A DNA stretch of 64,000 nt from a virus (IMGVR_UViG_3300011947_000003:1487-65486); one strand, 5' to 3'. Numbered from the stretch's first letter, positions 21,501-30,721 are shown. The notes: generated by a model from the letters alone, not told the origin. Numbers and translations: made by a program.

Positions 21501-23070
21501 AACCTGCTTCTGTTAGAGATACAACACCATCTTTAGTAATCGTGCTTATTTCAGTTGCTTGCTTAGCACTCTCATTCACATGATCACGATATGCTAATCC
21601 TGCTTGAATAGCAACTGCTGCCCCTGTACCCACAACCGGAACAAATGAAGCTAGGCCAGAAGCTATTTCCAGACCTGCCCCAACCCAATCCCCATCTACT
21701 GCGCGTGAAGCCGCCCCATAAACCCCTAATGCTGCCCCAACAAATGGTAATGCTTTAGCACCCATTTTAGCACCAGCTTTCACCATACCTGTAGTACCAG
21801 CTTTACTAATTGTATTAGTGATAGGCGATGATGCCCCTGCTAAAGAAAACCCATTCTTTTGAATGTTTAGGTCTTTAATATTTGGTTGTTTAACAATAGT
21901 ATCTTTTTCAACTTTAGGTTGTGCTTTTTTAAAGTTACCTAAATCAACCTTTTTATTGTCAACTTGTTCCCCAACCTTCAATATTTTTGGTGGCTTCACT
22001 GATCCAGATGCTTTTCCTGCATCAAAAACACCTTCAGGTAATTTTTTATTTTTACCCCCAAATATATCTGGTATACCTATTTTTTTAGTTAAGATTGGAA
22101 TAGCCATTGCTGCAATGGCTGGTAATACCATAGTGGCTGTTTGTATTACACTTTTAGATATATCATTATCATTAGGTACATATTCTACACCTTTTTCAGC
22201 AGCTTCTTTTCTAGCAATATTTTCTTTTTCCACATCACTAGCGCGGATAAAATCGCGGGTAATCATACCCACATCCAAACCTAAAGATGCAGCAGTCATT
22301 AATATTTTTTGTTTCGGATTTTTAGCTTTTGCAGCGGCTTCATGGAGTGCTAAAGATGCCCCTTCCCCAACAACACCTGTTGCATCTCCCTCCAATGCGC
22401 GCCCAATAATCATACCACCAGATGAAGCACGTACAAGATTCTTCATTAGGGGACTATCACTATACTTTCCTAAAGCCTTACCAAATGTACCGAATAACCC
22501 AATTGATTTTGATAATTCCTGTGCACTTGATGCTGCTTTAAGCGCATCAGTTCCCACATTTGCAGTTTTTAACATATTGGCTGCATTAGCTGCTTTAATT
22601 GCGTCCGCACCAGCACCAGCAAGTCCCATAGTGGACTTTGCCATTGTTTGGTATGGTTTCATACCATCTGGATTTGCGGCTGATAATGCGGCTGTTATGG
22701 CCGCTGTAAGCATAGGCAACATTGCCATGAAATTGAACGAATCATCTTTTTTGCTTTTCTCAAGTTTCAATAATTCTTCAAGGGAAGTATTAATTTGATC
22801 TACTTGATTATGAAGTTTCTTTCTAGATAATCGTTCTTCATCATCACGTGTGTTACGCTCAAGATATTCTCTCAACGCTTCACGATTATATCTTGAAGAT
22901 TCTTTACCAGAATTTTTTCTAAGAGATTCGCTTTCCTTGCGATCCTTTTTAGCTTCTTTAATAAAGTCGTTTAAAGCTTCATTTGTTTTATTATTGACGT
23001 TTATGAAACTATTAATATCTCGATCGTCGTCAACAATACCGTCCTTTTTATTATCATTATCTTTCGACAT
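18529..23070 (-). CDS. tape-measure / baseplate hub protein (gp29-like) with a VgrG3-type muramidase-like domain and a CHAP/NlpC-type amidase domain
   Basis: 1513 aa, Ala/Gly-rich; KALPFVGAALG...GDWVGAGLE; SALYES...ISSGKGDNGGKSYGRHQLSS; CARYVREA...GYGHVCIW; follows gp26/gp51-like genes. Confidence 0.8.
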   Translation of the reverse strand: MSKDNDNKKDGIVDDDRDINSFINVNNKTNEALNDFIKEAKKDRKESESLRKNSGKESSRYNREALREYLERNTRDDEERLSRKKLHNQVDQINTSLEELLKLEKSKKDDSFNFMAMLPMLTAAITAALSAANPDGMKPYQTMAKSTMGLAGAGADAIKAANAANMLKTANVGTDALKAASSAQELSKSIGLFGTFGKALGKYSDSPLMKNLVRASSGGMIIGRALEGDATGVVGEGASLALHEAAAKAKNPKQKILMTAASLGLDVGMITRDFIRASDVEKENIARKEAAEKGVEYVPNDNDISKSVIQTATMVLPAIAAMAIPILTKKIGIPDIFGGKNKKLPEGVFDAGKASGSVKPPKILKVGEQVDNKKVDLGNFKKAQPKVEKDTIVKQPNIKDLNIQKNGFSLAGASSPITNTISKAGTTGMVKAGAKMGAKALPFVGAALGVYGAASRAVDGDWVGAGLEIASGLASFVPVVGTGAAVAIQAGLAYRDHVNESAKQATEISTITKDGVVSLTEAGLATAEQSAVAGQMVKDSSTLVNDSTSKMAGELEKSNISFLDMTKTMSFGLISFTTSLGLKFTDWVFGADNVFRTAATKLSETTSNVLSRIASTLKGWFSLGGGNINDGTGANSGLSTGGVTASKNYTKGKSVSDLNKKFGSVSALYESNKGGVKTISSGKGDNGGKSYGRHQLSSKSGTMREFLNSSEGKKYKADLGKYKIGSESFDRTYRTIADYKGEQFEKDQEAFIQRTHYAPVVKSIKQKTGIQVNERGRAVQELAYSMSVQYRGLTGGIWERALGGRNGNTLSDEEIIDRVMNNRARNVETHFSKSPNNWKGLRQRIADENAIYKDMLASPHVAKGPQSKGGSPAPAANTSSKSNSKTAPAAKSTTKAKSSVDSSTKKVESKGRYDLDKMCQFAVQNAKPKSQKKCARYVREAIQAGDTTKKVGPMGDARDWGKSLPAIGWVRVADGLQKGDIAWFPTGVSGYGHVCIWTGKVWVSDFVQSSVQPSSNANLQYHIYRAKSGFSNGVAIGAPEAVIDGDDVKGINAGAEGTEGSVTEESVIDRMQNALTTGVASIGAALFDNQMARDAINYFDRVGVDPYVLDDKKDAVNMDGFNTVIKNQDTKGFKYKFGEAGVNRSTLFSKEIQRQKNADRDYLDEAGNLGGIQRQKDSPFDYLDAAGNLGGIQRQHDVAYDYLGNAGSLGGIVRQDDMGSQKKKKKKWYDRLFGGEYSDIFGSLFGAFGLGGLYNIGQGVYNADKQGTLIDFGLETLGGLATSQVTGGLNNANIDQSNPPFTNVGVNDVFGSSGGIVASNSNGLGNIFGGNINNNNVYGMIESVINGGGDLKKVGVDVLGGIMERNNPLGLGGIYKVAKGAIDTKENGGDMVTYGLNTVADILNGKIDINPFARANSISLSPSSDAASLSPDHEGRKQVDGVVSETNKAYINMKNNQHTVIPASDMPSGGMNGTTPHGSKSGVGEGLSAALVTRNPDSIFREVSIAVMKATIT
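19432..19611 (-). repeat. three tandem 60-nt (20-aa) repeats inside the tape-measure gene
   Basis: RQKNADRDYLDEAGNLGGIQ / RQKDSPFDYLDAAGNLGGIQ / RQHDVAYDYLGNAGSLGGIV. Confidence 0.9.
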
Positions 23071-23093
23071 TTAATAGTACCTTTCCCGCAAAT

Positions 23094-23684
23094 TTATCTT
23101 TTCTTTTTGTTTTGTGCTGTTCTTTTAATTAAAGCTTCAGTTTTAGTCTTAACATTAGCATATTTTTGTTTAACAAGAGAATCTTGTCGTGCCATTTGTT
23201 GTTCTAATTTTTTAAGGTTTGTAATACCTTCATAATACTTATCGCGTAATGCTTTATCTATATTAAGAACATTGTCTATAGCATAAAAATTATGCGGTTG
23301 TACTTTACTCTGTAGCTTATAATTATTTATCAAAGTAGTAGATACTGAATGCGCAATAGTATTAAGAAATGCTGTAGATAAAACAGTTGTTATAATTAAT
23401 TCAAGATTAATCATATTAATTACCAATTTTGAATATGCCTTTTTAATAGCTTCATAATCTAATTCAGCTTCTAATGCTTCATTGTGATATTTTTCTAATT
23501 CAGATATGAATTTAGTAGTTTCATTTTTAGTTTTTGGATCAACTTTAAATTGATCTAATACTTTTTTCGGATCAAATGCAAAATTCATTACTGCTTGAAC
23601 AATTGGAATATTTTTACCACCCCAAAAATTTACGTTTGCTTTAACAACTGCCTTTGCGATTTTAATTCCACTATAAGTAGCCAT
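23094..23684 (-). CDS. hypothetical virion or baseplate-region protein
   Basis: 196 aa between gp51-like and tape-measure genes. Confidence 0.55.
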   Translation of the reverse strand: MATYSGIKIAKAVVKANVNFWGGKNIPIVQAVMNFAFDPKKVLDQFKVDPKTKNETTKFISELEKYHNEALEAELDYEAIKKAYSKLVINMINLELIITTVLSTAFLNTIAHSVSTTLINNYKLQSKVQPHNFYAIDNVLNIDKALRDKYYEGITNLKKLEQQMARQDSLVKQKYANVKTKTEALIKRTAQNKKKR

Positions 23685-23730
23685 TGATTAAATCTCACCC
23701 TATTATTTTTATTATGATTAAGACGGTATA

Positions 23731-23898
23731 TTACATACCGCCATTTCTTGATTGTTCCATATGCTCGATTTCTTCTTGAATATCTTTTGCAATCATTAAT
23801 TTGATTAAGTTAAAATCAAAAGGTGTTAACTGCATTAAATCACCCATGTCATAATTATGGTGGCGAACCATATCCTTAATATCCGCCATCATATTCAT
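23731..23898 (-). CDS. gp51: gp51-like baseplate hub assembly protein (not in the ORF track; probably also the -1 frameshift extension of gp26)
   Basis: MNMMADIKDMVRHHNYDMGDLMQLTPFDFNLIKLMIAKDIQEE matches the LMQHH.Y...L..M.P.E pattern. Confidence 0.7.
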   Translation of the reverse strand: MNMMADIKDMVRHHNYDMGDLMQLTPFDFNLIKLMIAKDIQEEIEHMEQSRNGGM

Positions 23899-23902
23899 AT
23901 AA

Positions 23903-23931
23903 TACCCTTTCGGGTAAATTAAGAAAAAAAA
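23903..23931 (-). promoter_or_regulatory. putative -1 frameshift signal: U UUU UUU slippery run plus UACCC-GAAA-GGGUA hairpin
   Basis: A-run at 23924-23931, 7-nt spacer, GNRA hairpin; the -1 frame is open into 23898. Confidence 0.65.
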
Positions 23932-24809
23932 TCCTTTAATCCCCTCAGATCAATATTTCTAGAATGGCCGCATTTAGGACACACAATATCAGCATTCATA
24001 TGAACATAAGGTTGGTTAGTAATGAAATTATCAATACCACGTGTAGCTTTAGTAGGAATAGTACCCAACCAATTGATAAATTCTTCTTTACTGAAATCCA
24101 ATTCAGCTTTCATAATATTATCGCCATCTTTGATATAATCAATAGATCGATATATGATCGTGTTGCGAATTTCTTCAGTTACATCATCAATATTCTTTTT
24201 AAGACGATCAATTAATTCTAATTGTTCAACAGTATATTCAGTCGCATATGATATTTCTTGAAGTTCTTCAACATATGTGTCAATTTGCAAACGTAATGAT
24301 TCGATTTCAATATTTGCATCTAAAGACATTGCTTTTAAAAATAACGTTGTATTATCATCAAATTCAACAACTTTATTATTCACATAATCATCAGGATATT
24401 TAATAGCCACCATAGATAATGGAATTTTAAAGTCAAATGATGTATTACAAATCAAAACGTCGCCTGTTTCTTCATCAAATAACTTATCTCCATTTTCACC
24501 AACTTTTTCCTTCCGACATGTATAACGAGTAGTTATAACATCATCAACAGAAGTCATATAAATTTGGATAAACAAATAATCTAGCAAAAATCGTTCGGAT
24601 GCTTTAGCTGTAACGGCATTTTCAGTACAAGATGCTACAATATTTCCAATAGTGATCATTAAATCGAGATCAGAACCAATATCGTTAGCTTGCTGCAAAG
24701 CTTTATGTTCAGCAACCACCATTGGCCGAACAGAAACAGGTTTTTTAAATTCTTTAGTTTTAATTGTAAAAGTAGGCGATTTAATAGTCGGTAACATTTT
24801 TATACTCAT
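23919..24809 (-). CDS. gp26: baseplate hub / tail assembly chaperone (T4 gp26-like)
   Basis: MLPTIKSPTFTI...RPMVVAEHK..., DYLFIQI..., CPKCGH...LRGLKDFFS. Confidence 0.85.
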   Translation of the reverse strand: MSIKMLPTIKSPTFTIKTKEFKKPVSVRPMVVAEHKALQQANDIGSDLDLMITIGNIVASCTENAVTAKASERFLLDYLFIQIYMTSVDDVITTRYTCRKEKVGENGDKLFDEETGDVLICNTSFDFKIPLSMVAIKYPDDYVNNKVVEFDDNTTLFLKAMSLDANIEIESLRLQIDTYVEELQEISYATEYTVEQLELIDRLKKNIDDVTEEIRNTIIYRSIDYIKDGDNIMKAELDFSKEEFINWLGTIPTKATRGIDNFITNQPYVHMNADIVCPKCGHSRNIDLRGLKDFFS

Positions 24810-24841
24810 TCGATCATTATATTTTTTTATTTAGCGTGATT

Positions 24842-25375
24842 TTATACATCACGCTTTACAACATAGGTTTTATTATCTAAAAATTTAAAAAAATCATCAA
24901 AAGATAAACTAACTTGTTCAACATCAATATGCTTATTAGCTTTACTTACAGCCTTCCAACGATGATGACCATCAACAATTTTATTATCACTAGATACCAA
25001 AATTGGTTCAGGTTCATATTTTCCACTAACGATATCCTGATAAATAGCATTTACTTTTTCATCATTAAATTCATTTTGCATTGCTGTTAAGTCACTACAT
25101 TTCTTTTTCTTTGTAGTAGTCTTATGACCATTTAATTTTAAATCATCACGCATCAAACCTTTCATTTCTTTTGGGATTTGTGGCATTGTAAGGCGACTGT
25201 ATAACATCGGATATGCATAACCCCCAGTGATATTATCACTTGTATTAGGCTTTGGTAATTCAACATCATCTTTAGGTAAATCTGACCCAAAAGTTACATC
25301 AGCATCAGGACTTCCACCACCTACATCCCCACCAGCTTCATCTTCATTTAATTTCAAATAATCTTTATATTTCAT
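24842..25375 (-). CDS. ParB/Srx-like nuclease-domain protein with CTS-like N-terminus
   Basis: MKYKDYLKLNE; MPQI; PILVSSDNKIVDGHHRW. Confidence 0.7.
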   Translation of the reverse strand: MKYKDYLKLNEDEAGGDVGGGSPDADVTFGSDLPKDDVELPKPNTSDNITGGYAYPMLYSRLTMPQIPKEMKGLMRDDLKLNGHKTTTKKKKCSDLTAMQNEFNDEKVNAIYQDIVSGKYEPEPILVSSDNKIVDGHHRWKAVSKANKHIDVEQVSLSFDDFFKFLDNKTYVVKRDV

Positions 25376-25842
25376 TTTTTATCATCCCTATCATTTTCAT
25401 TATCTAGGTCATTTTCATTATCTAAATCATCATCCTGAATATCATCATCTTTTTCTTCTGATTCAGGATTCACATCAATATCATCATCTTTAGACATTTT
25501 ATTTACAAGTTTATCGATTTCATCAGATTCATCAGCATCATCTTTGATTTCAACACTATCAAGAGAATATGCAGACAACCACTTGGAAATTGCAGTATCA
25601 ATTTCTTTTAAATTTCTTGCGTTTTCCATATGAATACGATCCTCATGACGATACAAAACAAATGTAGAACCATCGTAAACAATTGAATAACGGTTATCGA
25701 ATTTATATAAATACTCCCCATCATCCTTCTTGGTTCGGTCATTTTGTATACTATATTTTTGCAAAATATTTAAAACGTCACTATCATCAATAGTTGGTTT
25801 TAAAGATTCATTGATTTTATTTTGATAATCACGATACTTCAT
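25372..25842 (-). CDS. acidic late protein with CTS-like N-terminus
   Basis: MKYRDYQNKINE behind TAAATA; D/E-rich tail. Confidence 0.6.
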   Translation of the reverse strand: MKYRDYQNKINESLKPTIDDSDVLNILQKYSIQNDRTKKDDGEYLYKFDNRYSIVYDGSTFVLYRHEDRIHMENARNLKEIDTAISKWLSAYSLDSVEIKDDADESDEIDKLVNKMSKDDDIDVNPESEEKDDDIQDDDLDNENDLDNENDRDDKK

Positions 25843-25867
25843 GAAATTAGACTCCACTTTATTATTC

Positions 25868-26542
25868 TTATTTAAATGTAATTTGATCCAGAACATCCAA
25901 CATATTTACAGAATGACCTTCAGGTGATACTTCAATTCGATATCCTTTTGCTTTATCATCTGTTAAATTTCTATTTCGATCTTTTTTAACAGTTATACAA
26001 GGCCGATATATATCATCATCCAAAACATCATAAAACTCTTTAAACACCCGTGAACAATTTACAACCACTGTATTTTTATTAAATTTTACGAAATCATGTT
26101 TGTTAAACTTCTGTATCAATATAAGACCATCATCGTTTAAAATATCATCGCCAAAAACATAAGGTTCTAAATCAATATCAACATCAATAGGTACGATTAC
26201 TTTTGTAGAATTAGGTAAAATAGGAGCACCATAGCAATCGACAAAATCATATAATATATCCTTCATAGAACCATCAGCCGATTCCCATGTTATTGTACAA
26301 TCATGCATCTTTATAGATATTGGGTATATTTTGCAATATTTATCAACCAGAACAACATCTGCCTTATAGAAACCTTTAGTCTTTCGGGTACTCCTGCCTT
26401 CAAATTTTAATGCATTGACAATGTTTTCATATCTCCATGTCAATGCATTAGAACCTTTAAAAACGAAATTTGAATATCCCTGTTTAATATGTTCTTTAAT
26501 AAGAAATACAAAATCATCTTCATTAATCAAACCATTATTCAT
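25868..26542 (-). CDS. PD-(D/E)XK-like nuclease
   Basis: KADVVL...YPISIK motif spacing. Confidence 0.5.
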   Translation of the reverse strand: MNNGLINEDDFVFLIKEHIKQGYSNFVFKGSNALTWRYENIVNALKFEGRSTRKTKGFYKADVVLVDKYCKIYPISIKMHDCTITWESADGSMKDILYDFVDCYGAPILPNSTKVIVPIDVDIDLEPYVFGDDILNDDGLILIQKFNKHDFVKFNKNTVVVNCSRVFKEFYDVLDDDIYRPCITVKKDRNRNLTDDKAKGYRIEVSPEGHSVNMLDVLDQITFK

Positions 26543-26559
26543 AGATATTCAACCCCAAT

Positions 26560-27972
26560 TTATACTTTTATAGATTTTTTCGTTTTAATTGAATTAAATG
26601 CAGTTGATACTTTTTCCTTCGTATCTAAACCACTATTAGTTTGTGGTTTCCAATCTCGTTCCCCAGCCAAAGCAACACCCATTGGAATAGTATCGTTATC
26701 CGCATCAAAGAATTTCATACGACCAATATCAAAACCAACAACAAAACGAACAACACGCTCTTTATGATATCGAGTTTTATCTTGCTTAATTAATAACTGG
26801 CCGTTTTTATCCAATTCCTCAGTTCGAATAGCAAACCAAACCATATCTGATGTTTTTGCGATACCCTGACCATAACCAATATTTTTTAGTGTCGGATCAG
26901 TATTATCTAAAGAATCGGTGGTCATTTGTTGAGCAGTCCACAAAATACAATCTTTCTTTTGTGCAACAGCCCGAAATTCTTCGGCAACTTTAGTATAATA
27001 TGTACCGATATTACCCCGATCTTTAATCATATATGATGAACAGATACCAAGGTAATCCACCATGATCACAGTAGGTTTAAAATCATGTTTGGTATCTAGT
27101 TCATCCAATAGAACTTCAAGTTTTTGTGCTGTGAGTTCATTAGTTGAATACCCTTTAATGATCAGGTTTCCAACTTTAGGTTGAATAGATTTAAACTTAT
27201 CTAGATATATATCTTCACGTAAGTTCGGTATTTCAGAAGTTTCTTTATTCAAGAATCTGGCATCAAAGCGAATACCAACTTGGTCTTCTGACATTTCACA
27301 TGAGATATATAAGACATCACAGCCACTTTCAACATAATCAGCAGCTAGAGAAATCAACATTGCAGTTTTACCGACGTTTGGCGCGGCAACGATACAATTG
27401 AGTGATTGACGAGTCACACCCATGTTGGTAACTTCATTCATCTTTTTAAGACGAAATGGTATTTTCTTTTCTGGATTGTTGTAAGATTCAAGACGGCGTT
27501 TAGCTGCTTCTGGACTGAAATACATCGTCCCTGTATCTTCTTCAATGGTCTTTGAAATAGCGTCCTTTAGCATCTCTGGAATCGCTTCTGTTGGCGTATT
27601 ATCTTCTCCCTTATAGATATCTACCGCCTTAAACAATGCGTTCTTTAGCGCCCTGCTACGCACAAATTGTTCAGTCTTATCCAGCATTGGTTCCAATGCT
27701 ACAACATCACCATCTTCAATCAGTCTGATAAATTCATCAATATATTGTTCACCATCAGCATCAACATCTAAGCGCGACAATGCTTCTTTAAGAATTAATA
27801 CTTGTGGAGTAGTCGCATATCGATCTGAATATTTTTTAATAAACTTAAAAATACGTTTTTCAATATCTAGAGTGAAATATGATGGATCAATATGATGCAA
27901 CACCTTTTTATAAAAATTCTTATTATTAATCAACTGTGATAAAATAAGAATATCGTCATCAATGTACTGCAT
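26560..27972 (-). CDS. gp41: replicative DnaB-family helicase (T4 gp41-like)
   Basis: AAPNVGKT, YISCEMSE, VDYLGI, VAEEFRAVA, WTAQQ. Confidence 0.93.
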   Translation of the reverse strand: MQYIDDDILILSQLINNKNFYKKVLHHIDPSYFTLDIEKRIFKFIKKYSDRYATTPQVLILKEALSRLDVDADGEQYIDEFIRLIEDGDVVALEPMLDKTEQFVRSRALKNALFKAVDIYKGEDNTPTEAIPEMLKDAISKTIEEDTGTMYFSPEAAKRRLESYNNPEKKIPFRLKKMNEVTNMGVTRQSLNCIVAAPNVGKTAMLISLAADYVESGCDVLYISCEMSEDQVGIRFDARFLNKETSEIPNLREDIYLDKFKSIQPKVGNLIIKGYSTNELTAQKLEVLLDELDTKHDFKPTVIMVDYLGICSSYMIKDRGNIGTYYTKVAEEFRAVAQKKDCILWTAQQMTTDSLDNTDPTLKNIGYGQGIAKTSDMVWFAIRTEELDKNGQLLIKQDKTRYHKERVVRFVVGFDIGRMKFFDADNDTIPMGVALAGERDWKPQTNSGLDTKEKVSTAFNSIKTKKSIKV

Positions 27973-28004
27973 TCAATTCCCTCAACCTTCAAAATCTAAT
28001 ATGA

Positions 28005-28050
28005 TACTAAGAATGTTATTTATTTTAGTTTTATGACATTCCTAAGTACA
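28005..28050 (-). promoter_or_regulatory. promoter for helicase, -10 box TAAAAT in the loop of an imperfect inverted repeat
   Basis: TGTACT-17-TAAAAT; arms 28005-28018 and 28034-28048. Confidence 0.4.
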
Positions 28051-28102
28051 TAAAAACCTTGTGTATACAGGGATGTTTCGTGTATGTACAAATATAATCA
28101 AA

Positions 28103-28792
28103 TTAGATTTGACGGGTTCCAAACAGTATTTCAACAGGAATATCAGTATATTCTTCAGCCTGTTCATACATCGTAATTTTTAGATTGCCGCCTTCAGTGA
28201 AAGTCAGATGAACATCCGAACCGTTTTTATGGGAATATAACGCAAGATCAGGAGCGAACATATTGTTCATTATCATAGGTGCTATAGTAGTATTAACACC
28301 CAATGATATGATCGATGTGGTTCTACCTGATAAGATCATCGCCTTTATTTCTTTATTGACCTGATACTGTAGAGTTCGAAATGAAATTTTTCTCATATCT
28401 TTATTATCAGTTAATGCAAGATATACATCAGATGCTATAAAATGATTACCCAGTTCAGTTACAGGTCGAACAAATGTTGTAGTCTGTTGATACACATTTA
28501 CCCTTCCCCAATCTATATATAAATACGTTGGATAGCCCACCACTTTGTATCCAGCATTCAGATAGTACCGTATAATGGCATTTTTATAAATTTTGGCATC
28601 GACTGATTCAGCCTGTAAATCAATTAACATTCTAAATTGAATAGCATTCTGTTTGATGAAATTGTTTATTTCAATGATGGCAGTATCTAACACACCTTCA
28701 TCAAACACATCCATCCCATTGTCCTGAAAAGTAACCAAGCTTATCATTGAAAATCCTTGTATGTTATCTTCGCATTGTAGCAGTTGTAACAA
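28103..28792 (-). CDS. hypothetical protein
   Basis: 229-aa ORF. Confidence 0.6.
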   Translation of the reverse strand: MLQLLQCEDNIQGFSMISLVTFQDNGMDVFDEGVLDTAIIEINNFIKQNAIQFRMLIDLQAESVDAKIYKNAIIRYYLNAGYKVVGYPTYLYIDWGRVNVYQQTTTFVRPVTELGNHFIASDVYLALTDNKDMRKISFRTLQYQVNKEIKAMILSGRTTSIISLGVNTTIAPMIMNNMFAPDLALYSHKNGSDVHLTFTEGGNLKITMYEQAEEYTDIPVEILFGTRQI

Positions 28793-28857
28793 TATTATAT
28801 TTTATTTTATTTTATTTATAGAAATATTTAAATAAAAATAAAAGTGAGTGGATCAAG

Positions 28858-29061
28858 ATGGATGAAAAAATACTACCTTCAATATTAAAGTTGCTAATCG
28901 AGTTGCAAACTGAAATCAAGACGATCAAAAGCGACATAAATAATATAAATAAAAACGTAGAAGAAATAAAATCCGACCATGATCGCATCATGTCTGCATT
29001 TCCAAATGGGATAGATGAACATCGGGAATTCCACCGAAAGAAGCGATTCTTCTTTTTTTAA
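28858..29061 (+). CDS. small coiled-coil protein of a type found in lysis cassettes
   Basis: SAFPNGIDEHREFH resembles the AFP.GD..GHR.YH motif; TAAATA upstream. Confidence 0.55.
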   Translation: MDEKILPSILKLLIELQTEIKTIKSDINNINKNVEEIKSDHDRIMSAFPNGIDEHREFHRKKRFFFF

Positions 29062-29079
29062 AACTATGGGACAACAAAA

Positions 29080-29478
29080 ATGGATTTCAATTCATTGCCG
29101 TCAATGGAACAAGTAATTGGAGGTATAGCGGCAATATTAGTAACTATATATGGAGTTTATAAAAAATTTAAAAGTGATAATGTAACCGATACTTATCAAA
29201 GAACTGAAATCAATATCGTTGAATCATTATCCAAACAACGTGATGATCTGGTAACATTATCTGATAAATACAGGGAACTTTTGACCACTGCCGAAAATGA
29301 AATTAGAGAAATTAAAACAAAGCTTTCAATGGCTGAATTTGAAAACTCTAAACTAATCGAAAGATTAAGTGAAGCAGAAGCAGAAATTGAAGTATTAAAG
29401 CAAATTCTACAATACATCAATGATAGCGTATCTGTAACGCGCCAATCACTAGAAATCAATAACAAAAAGGGATCGTAA
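29080..29478 (+). CDS. putative holin-like protein (single N-terminal TM plus coiled coil)
   Basis: IGGIAAILVTIYGVYKKF followed by heptad repeats. Confidence 0.5.
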   Translation: MDFNSLPSMEQVIGGIAAILVTIYGVYKKFKSDNVTDTYQRTEINIVESLSKQRDDLVTLSDKYRELLTTAENEIREIKTKLSMAEFENSKLIERLSEAEAEIEVLKQILQYINDSVSVTRQSLEINNKKGS

Positions 29479-29488
29479 CGATCCCTTT
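29466..29488. terminator. bidirectional intrinsic terminator
   Basis: AAAGGGATCG-TAA-CGATCCCTTT between convergent genes. Confidence 0.8.
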
Positions 29489-29492
29489 CTTT

Positions 29493-30455
29493 TTACACAG
29501 CCATATCAGCCTTAATAGCTGGATGGTGTTGATAATCAATCAATTTGAAATCATCAACCGATGCATTTTCAAAATCTTCCAGTGTTTTAAGTTCTGGATT
29601 GATCCAGATAGAAGGTAACGCATACGGTTCCCGACTGATCTGTTCTTTGGCCTGTTCAATATGGTTATTATAGATATGTACATCACCCAAAGCCCCACCT
29701 AGATAACGTGGTGTGTAGCCTAGAATTCTACCAAATATATGTAATAATAACGCATATGATGCAATGTTAAATGCTTCCCCAAGGAACGAATCTACTGATC
29801 GTTGATACCACTGAAGATCAATAAACCCATTTGTGATATTAAGTTGGAAAAGCATGTGGCACGGGGGTAAAGCAGCGGTAGGAACATATAGCTGGGATTC
29901 ACTTTGATCATGATATTCATATAAATCCTGTCTACTCCATACAGCCCGTGGATTCCACGCATCAACAATCAAACGACGTGAATTAGGATTTACAGATGCT
30001 TCTTTCAATACAAGGCGAATTTGATCCACGCCACCCACGGATTCTTCATATGATTCACCATCTTCAGAATCGTATACATCTACTGTACCTGCACCGTAAT
30101 TGCGCCACTGACCACCATACACTTCCCCCATGTACCCACCACAATAACCAAGGTCTATAGCTTGCTTATTATAATTACCATCCCAAATAGTTTTCTTTTC
30201 GTCGTTATATCGATTAGCTTCACCATGTAGAATTGCGCGAAGATCATATAAGTTAGTGGAACCTTTTAAGAACCAAATTAACTCTGACACGACAGCTTTC
30301 CATGCAAGCTTCTTAGTGGTTGTTGCTGGGAAACCTTCGCGCAAATCAAATTTCAAATGATGACCAAATGAAGATATAGTTCCAATACCAGTACGATCAT
30401 CTTTTACATCACCATTATCCAATACATATTGCATCAAATCCAAATACTGTTTCAT
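29493..30455 (-). CDS. td: thymidylate synthase ThyA (uninterrupted)
   Basis: DRTGIGT, TTKK, ELIWFLKG, ALPPCH, YQRSVD, GDVHIYNNH. Confidence 0.97.
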   Translation of the reverse strand: MKQYLDLMQYVLDNGDVKDDRTGIGTISSFGHHLKFDLREGFPATTTKKLAWKAVVSELIWFLKGSTNLYDLRAILHGEANRYNDEKKTIWDGNYNKQAIDLGYCGGYMGEVYGGQWRNYGAGTVDVYDSEDGESYEESVGGVDQIRLVLKEASVNPNSRRLIVDAWNPRAVWSRQDLYEYHDQSESQLYVPTAALPPCHMLFQLNITNGFIDLQWYQRSVDSFLGEAFNIASYALLLHIFGRILGYTPRYLGGALGDVHIYNNHIEQAKEQISREPYALPSIWINPELKTLEDFENASVDDFKLIDYQHHPAIKADMAV

Positions 30456-30721
30456 TTATTACCTTTCTTCTTAAACAATGATTGAAAAACTTCAGTACGG
30501 CTTTCCCATATCACTATAATCGCAATTGGCAACCATTCAATTAATAACATTAAAACTGACATAGGCAAACCAATCAGCTTAAAATATGGGATTTGTGCAA
30601 TGTATTCCCCGATAATATCGCGCTTGCGTGAAAATTTTGCATCACGATATTCTTTTTTATATTTGATGTATGACCACTCACCCTTCGATATCCATTCCAA
30701 AATATTTTGCAATTTATTCAT
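30452..30721 (-). CDS. small membrane protein
   Basis: MNKLQNILEW..., one TM segment. Confidence 0.55.
   Translation of the reverse strand: MNKLQNILEWISKGEWSYIKYKKEYRDAKFSRKRDIIGEYIAQIPYFKLIGLPMSVLMLLIEWLPIAIIVIWESRTEVFQSLFKKKGNK

Noticed and set aside
21863-22798. 311-aa plus-strand ORF (also 19224..19628 and 22850..23074)
   Set aside because: Antisense shadows of the Ala/Gly-rich tape-measure gene, with no RBS or recognisable motifs.
29493-30455. Intron in thymidylate synthase, as in T4 td
   Set aside because: The ORF is continuous through all ThyA motifs; extra residues are short in-frame insertions.
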